In this document: in pieces, positions 1-11,939 of the stretch
Layout of the letters: every line of letters begins with the position of its first letter
Numbering within the stretch: position 1 is the stretch's first letter
From: Podarcis erhardii
Taxonomy: Eukaryota
DNA length: 64,000 bases
Strand: one strand, 5' to 3'
Assembly: GCA_964252035.1 (NCBI GenBank)
Contig: OZ176203.1
Notes under the pieces: generated by a model
The model's database searches: none
The model's input: only the letters and a program-made list of their open reading frames with translations
Told to the model about the DNA's origin: nothing
Translations under genes and position numbers: made by a program

Positions 1-604
1 TAAAATACCAATGTTTTACAGTTAGCCAATATTATGAATTGGTTACATTCAAAGGAGGTGCTAAAGAAGATTGGTTTGTAATTTGAGCATTGATGACAGG
101 ACACTTGATTCCCCCCTGAGAGGATATGGTTAGCCTCTTGCTTCCGAGCTTGGGGCAAACATTTTCAATGTTAAACAAGAAGTGGAAAAAGAAAGAAGGA
201 ATGAAGTGGCTAGTGAAACAGCTCCAACTAAAACCTAAGAGGCAATTGCAAATCTTATTATTTTTTCTTTTCTCAGTTCCTCTCATCAGTTTTATAACAA
301 AAATAAAACAAAGTCCAGGAGTAAGACCAAGAGGCAAATCAATCTTCATTACAGAAACTCAGGTATAATACAGTAAACCAGAATGGGTTGCTAGTCTTAA
401 CTTACTTTTTGGGGGGTTCATTATGGAAACAGCAATCATACACATGAAGAGAGAAAAAAATTACCTGGGGGCAAAATCAAATTTGCCTGGGGGCAAATTC
501 TGATAGTTGAATGATGCTAAGTGGGTATGTCAATTATATACTCAAGTCATTTTAGGTCAAAAAAGCGTAAAAATAATGGAATAGGAAACACGCAAATACA
601 ATAC

Positions 605-765
605 CTGGTATCCAGGTATGGATCTAACAGATTCTACAACTGCTAGAGAAACCAAATGCTGAATAAAAGGAATTCTTCGTCCCAGTTCAGAAGATAAAGG
701 AATGGTGATATGTAGAGTTGATAAAGCAGCTCCCACAGGACTCAGCCAAGCATTCCCACCACGGC
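605..765 (-). CDS. HLCS: HLCS internal coding exon (161 nt), biotin-protein ligase catalytic domain
   Basis: Minus strand reads ttttttaag|GC CGT GGT GGG AAT GCT TGG...GGA TAC CAG|gtattg, translating to (G)[53 protein letters not shown]. This matches human HLCS as recalled ([54 protein letters not shown]). Phase 1 start fits the previous exon. Too short or split to appear in the ORF track. Confidence 0.97.
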
Positions 766-1535
766 CTTAAAAAAAGGGGAACAAGTATTTATGTGAAAGT
801 TTTATTTTGTTATATAAAAAGAAAGCTTCATCAGTTCACTGAGAAAATCTAATGAAATATTTTGAAGGCGTTCTAATATATTGATGGTTTAAAGTTTTTA
901 CATTGTTTCTTTCTTTTTTTATATAATAATATTTATTAAAGTTTCAAAAAAAGTTACAAGTTTCTTTCTGTTTTTAATTCACAAGTAAAAAATCATATAT
1001 ATGTGATTTGATTACACCGTAAGTTGTAGCAATAAGAAATGTATGTATGTCTACTGTCAATCTCATACAATATGTCTACTTTGGCCAAAAGAGAAGAGAA
1101 ATGAAGATTAAAAACAGGAACAATCCAGTCAACGGATTAGATCCATGCTTAAATACATAATTATCAGAGGATAGGTTTTATAATTTTTCATATTAAATAC
1201 CACCTAGTTGTTGTTGTTTTTTAAAAAAGATACATTGAAAAGAACAACTTTGTGGTATATATTTGTCATGCCAAAAAAAGCATACAGCTGGTAGTAGTTC
1301 TCTGTCACAGAACTGGGGTGTGGTGAGATTGCATTTGGCTTCCCTAAAAAGCATCTATGAAAACTCCAATTGGATGAAAATACAGAGTCAGAAAAGTGCT
1401 TACTAACAACTCAGGATGGTTTCACACACTCTTTCACACAGCTATTTTAGCTATTTAAAATTGTAATCTTCAATGCAGATGATTATTTCCAATTCATGAA
1501 CTTGTATTGCTGACATCAGAATTACACCAACATAC
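766..1535 (-). other. HLCS: HLCS intron, 770 nt, GT-AG
   Basis: Bounded by donor GTATGT at 1535 and acceptor TTTTTTAAG at 766, between the 68-nt and 161-nt exons. Confidence 0.95.
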
Positions 1536-1603
1536 CTTTCCCTTGAGTTTGTTGAACCGCAATCGCAATCAGACCTATTTCCTGTGGCACCTTGTACATC
1601 AAC
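1536..1603 (-). CDS. HLCS: HLCS internal coding exon (68 nt)
   Basis: tttttacaatttgcag|G TTG ATG TAC AAG GTG CCA CAG GAA ATA GGT CTG ATT GCG ATT GCG GTT CAA CAA ACT CAA GGG AAA G|gtatgt translates to (G)LMYKVPQEIGLIAIAVQQTQGK(G). Human as recalled is [23 protein letters not shown]. Its first base completes the GG| codon of the 272-nt exon. Confidence 0.97.
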
Positions 1604-4402
1604 CTGCAAATTGTAAAAAGGAAAACTCCTATTAGAACAATGTGTGGCTTTCATATAAACATTAGATTTATTATTTTTGTTACATTATCATTTCAGCTTC
1701 AGGTCAAAAATGTTAAAACAATGGGAAAGGCAAAACATATAGAAAAATGTTGCAATGAAAATATCAAATCTATAACAGCAGGATATATTTCAATCAAGTA
1801 GCTGCACTTCCTACATTTCTTTTTGAGGTGCTTATTCCCACTAAAGTGTTTCACTATCTTCCATATGTGACAACCAGCAATTTCTAACATTTGTTACTAC
1901 TTATAGCAAATTCATGACTATACTCCTGAATACAGCAACAGCAGCAGTTTCTGATTATTTAGAAAACCAGTATGGTGGCAATAAAGCAGTTTAAGAGAGA
2001 CACTATCCCTTGAGAACTAATTATGATTTCACTACAGTAAATAAATCTACACCTTCTGAGAACTCTAGAGAACACTAGCTTATTTTAGGCTTGTGCTCTG
2101 CTTTTAAAATTGTTTCACTTAAAAGAATACAGTTTTCCTACAGGGGATAAGTAGAAACTAAAGCATATTCAAACACCACCAAATGAGCCAATGTTGACTT
2201 GCATAAATCTTGCTATGAGAATATTGTTTAAGTTGCCTTGGTAATAAGTAGCACTAAATAGTGATATGGTTTTCTTTTCTTTGCAGGTTAGCAGAAAAAA
2301 GCATGCTATGACATATTGGTCAGGGCTTAAACTATTAAAGCTTTGATAGACCCTTTTAATGTGGAGAATTTCCATTTAATATAATGCAGAGATACTTACA
2401 ACCAAAGACTGTATTGGCACCCCCCAGAAAGATCTATATCAGTGCCCCCCAAAAAACACTTTACTGCAATATCTACATTAGAAATTACTACATTTTATGA
2501 GTACTCAAGTGTCTGGAATGAGGATGAGAGGAGAGGAGAAAGGGCAACAAAATTCAAACACCTTTGTGCTGCAGTGCAAGAAAGATGGGACACTTCCCTG
2601 TGTTTGATCTCGCTGCAACATTGGCGGGATATCACCACACACATACACATCATATATTCCATAGTCTGAGAGGTGAATTTTGCACCACCCCAGAGCTGGC
2701 ACCTCTGGCAGTGGTTGGTTTTGCCAGCCCCCAGGGTTTGCCTCTGCTTATAACATATTGTAGAATTACTTTTTCTGAATTTTGGAAGATTCAAGGATTT
2801 AAGAACTCTGGGATTGAGCTAATGGCAGTCAGGAAAAACAGAATTGTAAGAACAAATACAGCCTCTGGTTCTTACTGGGAACCAACAACAGTGCCAATGG
2901 TTCCTGAGGGCGTTTCCTAATTCACTCCTGCTGGGGTTTCAAGAATAATGATTTATAAAAAGGTTAGATAGAGGATGCATAAAGAACACAAAACATGATC
3001 CAAAATATTTCTGAACATTTTTCCACAATGGATCAGTTGTTCACCTAACTGCAAAAAGAGCAAGTTAAAAGGCAAAAAAGTATTTGAACCACAGGAGTGG
3101 TAATGCAATGTTCTCCTCCCTTTAATGCAAATATCAGCAATAGTCCTTTTTCTAAGCAATGGCCAGAGTATCTCTTTGCCAGTCCCACTTCCATTATATA
3201 TTAAAAGTACAGCCTGATAATTGTTTCTCTTGGCTACCATGAATTGCTTATTGAGACTGTCTACCATCAACTGTTGCCGTTAAAACTGTATTTTACTTGT
3301 GCTGGGAGCTGGCAGAAAGAATCTGAGAGAGGTTCTTTGTAACCATTTAAGTTTAATATTGTCTTCTAGAAACTCTGCACGTAAGAGTCAAAAACTGCTT
3401 CAGCTTCAGTACCACATTCATGTTACATAAAAGGAAATGTAACTTAAATCTGGAAATGGTGTTATGGACAGATTATAAATATAGCTGAAGCAACTGTCTA
3501 GGCTCCACATAACAGGCAAGTCATACGTTACAAATCTGAGGGAGACAAATCAGGAGAGGGGAAAAAGTTAGTTATGACACCAAACACAGTGCTGTAGAAC
3601 AATGATGTGATTAAGGAAACCTATGCATGCAGTTGCTAAGTGGTTTGGCCAGAGTTACTAGAGCACACTAAGACAAGACTGGGCTCCTGTGCTACTGAAG
3701 GCAAAGTTTCTGTAAGGAGGGGAATTCTGTAAGAAGGAATACAACATAGAGAAGTTGCTAATACCTAGACTGAGACTACTGGAGACAGACAGATTTATTT
3801 ATGCTATCTGAGATAACTCTAGGGGCATTACCACACAGTTTCAAGACCATAATAAAGTGCTTGTGATTTTTATAACCCCCCACCATTTCAGAAAATACAA
3901 GTTTTAGGGTTTTGTAACAGAAAGAAGTGATTGTAAACAGTCTACATGCTAAACTACCTTAGTGTAGTCCTATATCTATGTGGGTACAAAAAGAAGAAAA
4001 ATATGTAACTTTCTTGAGCTAACCTTCGACTGCAAGCTGTTGAGTCTTACAGGACTCTTATTCAGGAAGAAGTAAAAAGCAAAGAAGATATGGGGGGATA
4101 ATCTTCAGTACGTAAGCTTAGACTTAACCACCTGATACTGCAGTAATTTCATATGATAATGCATAATCACCTATTATTATTCAAATTATAAACTACATAT
4201 GTGCTGACGGTTCAATAAACAATAACAGTATTTATTATAAATACCTAAGAGCCTTACAGGAAAAAAACCCAGACCAACCATGTCCAGATATTCTACAAAG
4301 GCATGTTACAGTAGGTAGTGACTTATTTTATATCAGCATATAATTCATCTGCTTATTTTCTTTAACTGTTATTTTCTGTTTTTTAATTATTTTTGTTGTA
4401 AA

Positions 4403-4427
4403 TGTGTGTGTGTGCGCGCGCACGCGC
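4403..4427. repeat. (TG)n(CG)n alternating purine-pyrimidine tract
   Basis: tgtgtgtgtgtgcgcgcgcacgcgc. Confidence 0.9.
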
Positions 4428-5834
4428 AATAATCCCTGGTCCTTGTTCCCCACTCCTGAATTGAAAATGCAAGAGTTAACCAATAACATTTTGCCAAAGA
4501 TTGTCATGTGTGTTGGCTGTTGTAAACCATGGTCATCCTTATTTACATAAGCAATAAATGCATACCAAATCTCAATAAAAGCATTATCCTTATGTCCTGT
4601 ACTTATTCGGTAAGTTTCTCCATAAGAGCTAGGGACCAGATTTATTGGTGCCAACAGTCTACCAACAAATTTTCCAAGCTCTTCCAGTTGTGTGTGAACC
4701 AGTTGCCTTGATGTCACTAGTATAAATGTAACAAGCTCTTTAGGTAGTAAGTTCTCCCTGCGGAACACAAATAACTGAATGTTGGGTGGGTAATTGTGCC
4801 AATCTCCTTAAAGACCGTCTTGCAAACGATGTTTATACCTTCGCATAACGATCACATGTGGTAGAAGCTTCTAATCCCAGGACTTTAGATTGTAGGGTGG
4901 GTAATAAAATATAAATAAATAAATACTATCTTCTCGAAACTTGGAGTGATGAAACTTGGAAGCTGCTACCACGGCACCTCTGGGATGTCAGATAACATTT
5001 ATATAAGACATTAGATGTTGTTTCTCTATTTTTCACTAATACTGATAATGGAAGTTTTTGGCCCACACATTACAACTGTTGGCCCATTCCAATTCCTTCC
5101 CCAAGCTTGATTCCTATAGGCTTTTCATAGATTTGAGACAGCAAGTTTTGTAGATGATTGAAAGTACTCCTTTGGATGATACAGATGTATTTATTATAAT
5201 TTTTTCAAAAGGAGTGAAGGGCCTGCTTGCTGGTGAATCAATTTTTTCATGCTGAAATGGTCTTGGTGCCAGCTTATGCCAACTATTTCCAGTTTAGTAA
5301 CAATCTGAGCAGCTGTAAAATGCTGCTGGTTTTTGTAAATGTCACATGAATGATACAGTCCTACCACATTCCACTTTTGAAAAATGAAAGTCCTGTCCTG
5401 AAAGTCCTGGCGCCCCTAAGTTTGTAGCCCAAAATGTGTTCCAACTTAATTATTATTATGGGATGAAAACGTAATAGCACATATTTTATTGTGCACTTCC
5501 TGATTATACTCCGTCCTTAATCATGAACAATCCTTAGGGTCCTGTAGCGTAGTGAGAAGGATTCTAATATGAACTGCCTCTTAGTACCACTTAACTCGAG
5601 GTAATCCTAGACCCACTTGTTTTGATTTTTAACAAATGGTTGCCAGGCCTAATCTAGGTCTCTTGCCTTGGTGTAGAACAGAGTCTCATCATTTCTGCCA
5701 TTGCAACAGCATTTTTCAAGGAATTTTTATTGGGAGCACTTGGAATAAGAGAGTCAATTTGGGGAGTAGCATCATCTTGACAGCTGCTACCCTCCACAGC
5801 CATGATAAATTTGTTTTGGACCATCAAAGAAGTA

Positions 5835-6593
5835 CCGTATTTTTTGCTCCATAAGACACACCTTTTTCTTCCTAAAAAGTAAGGGGAAATGTCTGTGCGT
5901 CTTATGGAGCGAATGTGTGCCCCCTGGAGCCAAATTGCCCAAGGGCAAAAAGCAGATCATGGTTTTTTTGAAAGAGGGAAGTGGGTGTTGAAACAAAGCT
6001 GCTGATTGTTTGCCGATCGGGGAGAGAGATAAGGGATGCTAGAGATAAAGGAGGCTGCCTGGGAGGGGGGAGGTAAAGACAGAAAACTTACAAAGGGGGG
6101 AAACAGGAATACTAAAGCAATGAGGAGAGAAATTAGAAGAAAAGGAGGAGCAAAAAAACTGCTCCAGCTAAGGAAAAGATACTAAGGCAAACAAGAGGGA
6201 AGGGAGTGTTGAAAGGAAACAGCTGATCAGTGGAATCAGAAGAGAGATAAGGGACACTAGCGGAGGCTGCTTGGGAGGGGCAAGGTAAAAGCCCATGGAT
6301 CCTCAGGATTTTTACACTGGGTCACCCCAAATTCACCATCAGATCACATAGCATGCCCATGGCTACAGCCTACACCAAAAAAATCACGCACCTACTGTTG
6401 CGTGGGGCCGCAATGGTGTAAAAATGTGGTTACAAAGCATGGATCCACATGGATTCTCAGGATTTTTGCATTGGGTCACCCCAAATTCACCATCAGATGT
6501 CTTTGGCCACAGCATGAACCACAAAAATCATGCATCCACTGTTTCTTTCAGAATATTTTTTTTCCTTGTTTTCCTCCTGTAAAAACTAGGTGC
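5835..6593. mobile_element. Non-autonomous Tc1/mariner (Tc2-like) DNA transposon, left part, right terminus missing
   Basis: Starts TA|CCGTATTTTTTGCTCCATAAGACACAC. An inverted subterminal copy GTGCGTCTTATGGAGCGAA lies at about 5886-5904. There are internal direct duplications at about 5990-6090 vs 6210-6290 and about 6295-6345 vs 6448-6498. Ends at ...AAAAACTAGGTGC without a terminal inverted repeat (TIR). Confidence 0.75.
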
Positions 6594-6720
6594 CAGAAGG
6601 GGGTGAAATTCAATTTCTTAATGTTAGACCATTATCTTGGCACTTGTACCCTTAAGCATCTACATATCAAACATATTTAAAACCTTGTAAGGTGTTGTAG
6701 TCATAGTTGGGAGTCTGAGG

Positions 6721-6974
6721 GAAGAAGAGAAGAAGAAGAGTTTGGATTTGATATCCCGCCTTTCACTCCCTTTAAGGAGTCTCAAAGCGGCTAACATTCT
6801 CCTTTCCCTTCCTCCCCCACAACAAACACTCTGTGAGGTGAGTGGGGCTGAGAGACTTCAAAGAAGTGTGACTGGCCCAAGGTCACCCAGCAGCTGCATG
6901 TGGAGGAGCGGAGACGCGAACCCGGTTCCCCAGATTATGAGACTACCGCTCTTAACCACTACACCACACTGGCT
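6721..6974 (-). mobile_element. tRNA-derived CORE-type SINE (Squam3-like), full length, (CTT)n tail
   Basis: Minus strand begins AGCCAGTGTGGTGTAGTGGTTAAGAGCGG (A box), then GGTTCGCGTC (B-box-like) and a core GGGTGACCTTGGGCCAGTCAC. It ends GCGGGATATCAAATCCAAACTCTTCTTC. Confidence 0.88.
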
Positions 6975-7420
6975 CTGGGAATATTGAAGCATAGAAGTTG
7001 AGATTTTGAATTGTTTATTGTGAGCTCCACAATGTTTCAAATGTAGATATTTCCTATGTAGATATATATGTAGATATATGAAGGGCCGCTGCAAGGTATC
7101 ATTCAGGCTTGGCTACTATCAGGACAATATTGTCCACAAACAGATTTGGGTGGCACGTTGGATCGGAAAGCTGAGTGAGGCCTGGCATTAACACAACGTA
7201 TAGCTATATGGCCTTCAAAAAGGTTATGAAGCTCCTTCACAAATTTGAGAGGACAGCATAAAGATAGGTTTAGTGTACTTTATTTAGTGTATAGTGAAAC
7301 AAGCATGAGGGGCTGGCATCTGTTTGCCATAATAAATTGGATTAAACATATGCTGAGTGGGATCAATAATATGCCTTGATCACATATAACCAGTTTGTTC
7401 ACCAAGGTTGGAAGAAGGTA

Positions 7421-7673
7421 CAGTGGTGCCTCGCAAGGCAAAATTAATTCGTTCCGCGAGTTGCTTCGTCTTGCGATTTTTTCGTCTTGCGGAGCGCGGA
7501 TTCCCTGGGTATTAACGGCTTTAAGAAAAAGGAAGCAAACCCGCAAGACGTTTTCGTCTTGCAAAGCAAGCCCATAGGGAAATTCGTCTTGCGAAGCAAC
7601 TCAAAAAATGAAAAACCCTTTCGTCTTGCGCGTTTTTCGTCTAGCGAGGCATTCGTCTTGCGAGGTACCACTG
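7421..7673. mobile_element. Tigger/pogo-like MITE (Tc1/mariner)
   Basis: TA|CAGTGGTGCCTCGCAAG...CTTGCGAGGTACCACTG|TA: TIRs plus TA target duplication. Six exact internal copies of TTCGTCTTGC. CpG-rich. Confidence 0.92.
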
Positions 7674-8173
7674 TAGAAGCCTATCTGTCAGGATGCTGGA
7701 AAATAATTTGGCATCTTGCATACTCTCCAAGTGTTCTGATTTTCCAGGCACAGTCCTGGAATTACAGAAGCCATCCCAGTTTCTGATATGATTGCGGTAT
7801 GTCCTGGTTTTCCTTTTCCCTCCCCTCCTTGTCTTGGTTAAGAGTGGTGGAGAGATCAGACACCTCACTGTCTTTCTGGGAAACAGGAGCCTTTTCTATC
7901 TCTCTCTTTCTGTGTATGTTTATACACATACAAAGCTCTCTCTATAATTTTGAAGGAAAATTCTTTAATAGCAATTCTTCAGAAGCCAGCCATTTTCTAG
8001 GAAACACATGGAATGTTTATTCCTTTATTGTAAATTAAGCCCTACACTACTGTATTCAATGAAGCTTAATCCTAGGTAGTTGGGTAAAGACTGTGCAACC
8101 TTACACTGCAATCCTAAGCATTTTTATTCAGAACTAAGTTCCACTGAGTTCAATTGTTCCTGAACATTCTCAT

Positions 8174-8912
8174 TGTTGTGGTTCGAGGACCCGAACCCCC
8201 CGCAGTGGAATGAAACACAAGGACACGTGATATAAGGTTAATGGGCAAGAAAAGGCCACAACTTTATTGATTACAGCAAGTGAAAAGGTATTGGCTTAGG
8301 CATTGGATGTCTAAAACAAGGGGGGTTTATTCACCAGTAGGTGGATCCTGTTGATGCTAATCCAACTAAAGGCTCTCCTCTGATGTCACCGAGGGTTGTG
8401 CCATGGCCTCCCGCCAAGCAGGCATCGGACAGAATACACGACCGCTGGATTCCTTTAACAGAATACCCAAAAACTGAAGGCGCAGGCAATGGCCACACCT
8501 AGCCCTTCGACACCACAACACATTATTCCAATGCCTAACCTACCCACCAATACCACGAAAGTTGTGACGATTGCTACGAGGTAGGCGAAAAAACCAAAAA
8601 GCCTAATGCCAAATGGAAAAATTCCTACCAGGCCCCCTGGACAACCAGGGCGACCAACCTAAGGTCCATAGCAAGGCCAAAAGAAAACTGGAAACCCTGC
8701 TCTAAGGGAGTGGAGGCTGGGTGACTTGCGACGGGACGACAAAAAAGTGAGGGCTGGAGGCTGGCACCGCAGCAATTCAGGCTGCTGTACATGCCCCCTT
8801 GAAGGCACCTGGTTGGGTGCCTGGCCGAGGGCGTGGGCGCCAGCCAGGTGAGTGGGAGGCACGGGGCAAACGCCCCCCTGCTTGAGGCAGAGTCCGGCTC
8901 CCGGCCACAACC
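8174..8912 (-). mobile_element. Probable solo LTR (ERV/Gypsy-like)
   Basis: An approximately 740-bp GC/CpG-rich block in AT-rich DNA, with terminal inverted motifs TGTTGTGG...CCACAAC(C). Minus-strand AATAAA at 8263-8268 (about 90 bp from the end) and at 8326-8331. No clean target site duplication (TSD) found. Confidence 0.5.
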
Positions 8913-8939
8913 ACTCCCCTCTCTTGCAGGGAGGAGAGT

Positions 8940-9123
8940 TTTTGTTGTTATATCCTGCCTTTTCCTGTGACAGGGATTCAAGGCAGCTTACAGCTAAAAA
9001 AAATTTCGATTTCATTTATCTGCGGAAGGTATTATACACAATCCCTTCCCTCGCACATTTTTTCTTTACAACAATCCTGTTAGGTAGGTTCAGCAGAAAG
9101 GTTATAACTGGCTCAAGGTGACA
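8940..9123 (-). mobile_element. Degenerate MIR/CORE-type SINE fragments
   Basis: Tail-like TTATATCCTGCCTTTTCC...CAAGGCAGCTTACA and core-like ACAACAATCCTGTTAGGTAGG...ACTGGCTCAAGGTGAC, similar to the SINE at 6721-6974. Confidence 0.5.
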
Positions 9124-11507
9124 GATGTATATTTGTCAAAGCAGGAGAATAGAATGTCCCTATTTTCATCTGAGAAATGTTGGAGGGTATGATCCTGGTA
9201 TTTAACTTATATTTTCAAAGTTTCTGCTTTCAGAAACTGTTGCATTTTTTGAAGATCTGTGCACAAGAAACTGTTTGAAAAGCATAATGGTGTCCTAGAC
9301 TTTATGAAAAACAACCTGCAAATTTATACTGAAGGATAGTACATTTTAGTAAAACAGAAGCAGCAGCACCAGACCAAATAGGAGACTGAAATCTTTGATA
9401 CCCAAAATGAATTTCAGCTTAATCTCCAGTTGCCATTTCACATAAAAATGTTGAAGCATTGAAGTTTAATTTAAACTTCTATAGGCCAGGTAAAATAGTA
9501 AAACCAGGCAGAACTTTTTTAATGCTCCTACATCAGCCCATTAAACATTTTTCACAAAAAATGCTTATAGCATAGATTGAAAATGGTATTAGTTTAATTC
9601 AGCATAGTTAACTGAAATTTCATCAAGTCCAAAGACGCTCAGTGCTCATAGTCAGTAAATGACTTTTATTATACCTACTTAAAATTGGAACTAAAACCAC
9701 AGAAACTATGTTTGACTAATGTTAATGATCTGACATCTATAAATTTCATTGATGTTGTGGTTTTCAGACTGAAACTCTCATTAATGCACCCTGCTGTTTT
9801 ATGGTATTGCAGAAGTATTACAAAAAGCAACATTACATTCCAGATGTTGAAAAACCTGAGGGTCAAAAGTAACTTTTACCATCTTTCTTTTGAACTGTTT
9901 GTTAATTATTGTCTTCACATGACTTGTGTACAAGGCTCTGTGATTCCATTTACAATATATGCCTCAGAATTGGAAGCAATTGCACCAAATACATTGTATT
10001 TTTATTGAATCTTTTATTCAAGTTAAAAAAAGAGAAGTCATTCCAGTTCTATAAATAGACCTGGCATAACTGTTACTCTAATACTGCAATAGTAAAGAAT
10101 ACATACATATTAGTACTGCTGAATACAATTAAACTTACTTCTGAGTAATCATGTACAGGATCACACTTTAAAAGATCAATCCAAGCCACTTGAGGGTCCC
10201 TCTGCCCCGCCCCGCCAGTCTCCTTGTGGCCTTTGCCTGCAGAGTGATGCTAGTGTCACTCTGCTAGCACAGAACTCCCCTTCCACCTGTTTTAATAAAA
10301 AATACTCCCCCCCCATGTTCATAACATTTCTGTAGCTCTTAAACATATATGCAAAAGAAAAAGACAACAAATGCTCTCAAAAGTTACTGCAACTTCTGAG
10401 TATATTCACCAACAGGCTTTTGAATCTCAACAATCTTTTCACAACCACTGGCACTCAAATCTATTTCCAAGTCCACATGATATGGCCCCCAACTGATGGA
10501 ATAGGTTATTCAAAGATAGACATAAAACAAAAAGAGTTAGATTTTAAACCCAGTTGGGAGATTACGGGCTATATCTGAAATGCAAAATCCTATTTTTTGT
10601 GTGGTCAATCCCACAACTAATTTGTTCCATCAGCACAATAATTTACACTTGCACAATGGAAGATTCCGCTCCTTATGTGTACCCCACACTCTCCCCAAAT
10701 CTGCTCCAGAGCATTAGGGCAACCCCTAGAATAATTTTAAGGCATACGCAGTGGGAAGAGAGGGAGAAGCTCTGTTGTGCAAGTGTAAATTCTTGTGTTG
10801 ATGGAATGCTTTACTTAGCGCTACACTGCATATAACCCAGAGTTATTTTGGGGAGTCAGGGGTGTGTGTCAAATGACTGGGTTTTTTAATAATTCATAAG
10901 TGGGTAAAAGCCTTTTAACAACTTAACATCTTAGAAGGCATTTTAACAAAGGGAAATGTATTGTTGCATAAAGCAAATGAATAGAACAAGTTTGAGTTAG
11001 GCAACCCAAAGTGCCAGAGAATATATTCAAATAAGAAAACAGGCTCTATTATGCCAAACAAATTTGAAATGTTGGTTCAGACTCACTGGTAAAATTCCAA
11101 AACTCCAAGTTTAGAAGGACCTCTTTATTCAGCAAATCATTTCTCTGTTAATATCATAAAGACCACAAAATTACAGCAAAAAATGGAGTTTCCAACAGAG
11201 CTGTCAGAGATGGTGAGGACTTGAGATCATATTCACTTTAAATTATTTTAAAATAATTCTCTAATATACTATCTTCTCAGTCACAAATCTTCTTCACTTA
11301 AATAATAATGGAAAGTACATAGAAATGAAAAAATGGTTTCAATTTAAGATTTAATAGAGACAAACAAAAATACATAAATCTGATAACAGCTTTGTGAAAT
11401 AGTCGACCAACAGATGTCAAACAGTAGTTGTGTCTGCAATATAATGCTAAATCACGGTTCATTGTTATTTGAACAAGCTTCAAATGAGCTCAACCAAAGC
11501 ACGGGGC

Positions 11508-11592
11508 TCATAGAATCAGAGAATTGTAGAGTTGGAAGAGACCCCAAGGGTCATCTAGTCCAACCCCCTGCAATGCAGGAATCATTTGCCCC
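11508..11592 (-). mobile_element. 3' half of Squam2-like SINE / CR1-type tail
   Basis: TCATAGAATCAGAGAATTGTAGAGTTGGAAGAGACCCCAAGGGTCATCTAGTCCAACCCCCTGCAATGCAGGAATC is the reverse complement of the tail seen at 42680-42763 and 52040-52086. Confidence 0.8.
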
Positions 11593-11813
11593 CAGGCTGA
11601 TGGTTACTTCAAGCAGAGTTTAGTTTAATCTGTAATAAATCTCAGCTTAGTTTTAGGTTCAGACTAGACACCCTGGTTTAAAATTACCTCTGGTAGATTT
11701 AGCAAGACAGCTTCATAAACTAGGGTTTGTTCTAAACCTCAGCAGAGTTTGTTTAAAACCAGGATTCTTGGTTCAAACATAATGCTAAACCAATATTCCT
11801 TATAAGCAAAACT

Positions 11814-11938
11814 ACGTAAGAAGAGCATTGCTGGATCAGACCAAAGGCCCATCTAGTCCAGCATTCTGTTGCCACTTGGGAAGCCTGCGAGCAGGATATG
11901 AGTGCCGTGGCACTCTTACCACTAGTGCTTCCCAGAAA
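11814..11938 (-). mobile_element. CR1 3' UTR fragment
   Basis: ACGTAAGAAGAGCATTGCTGGATCAGACCAAAGGCCCATCTAGTCCAGCATTCTG resembles reptile CR1 3' ends as recalled, and is homologous to 58625-58875. Confidence 0.65.
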
Positions 11939-11939
11939 G

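Noticed and set aside
459-499. Duplicated CCTGGGGGCAAA motif with a small hairpin (AATTTGCC-TGGG-GGCAAATT)
   Set aside because: Too short and too similar to common lacertid transposon remnants to support a function.
1-604. Next HLCS exon (DIxLRVKWPNDIYY)
   Set aside because: No matching sequence on the minus strand. It lies left of the window, and the ORFs at 32-368 are chance.
4328-4768. 146-aa minus-strand ORF
   Set aside because: No recognisable domain, runs through a TG/CG repeat and a poly-T region, and has no clear exon context. Most likely a chance ORF.
8625-9015. Two overlapping 118-aa minus-strand ORFs
   Set aside because: They lie in the GC-rich LTR-like block, where stop codons are rare, and have no gag/pol/env motifs.
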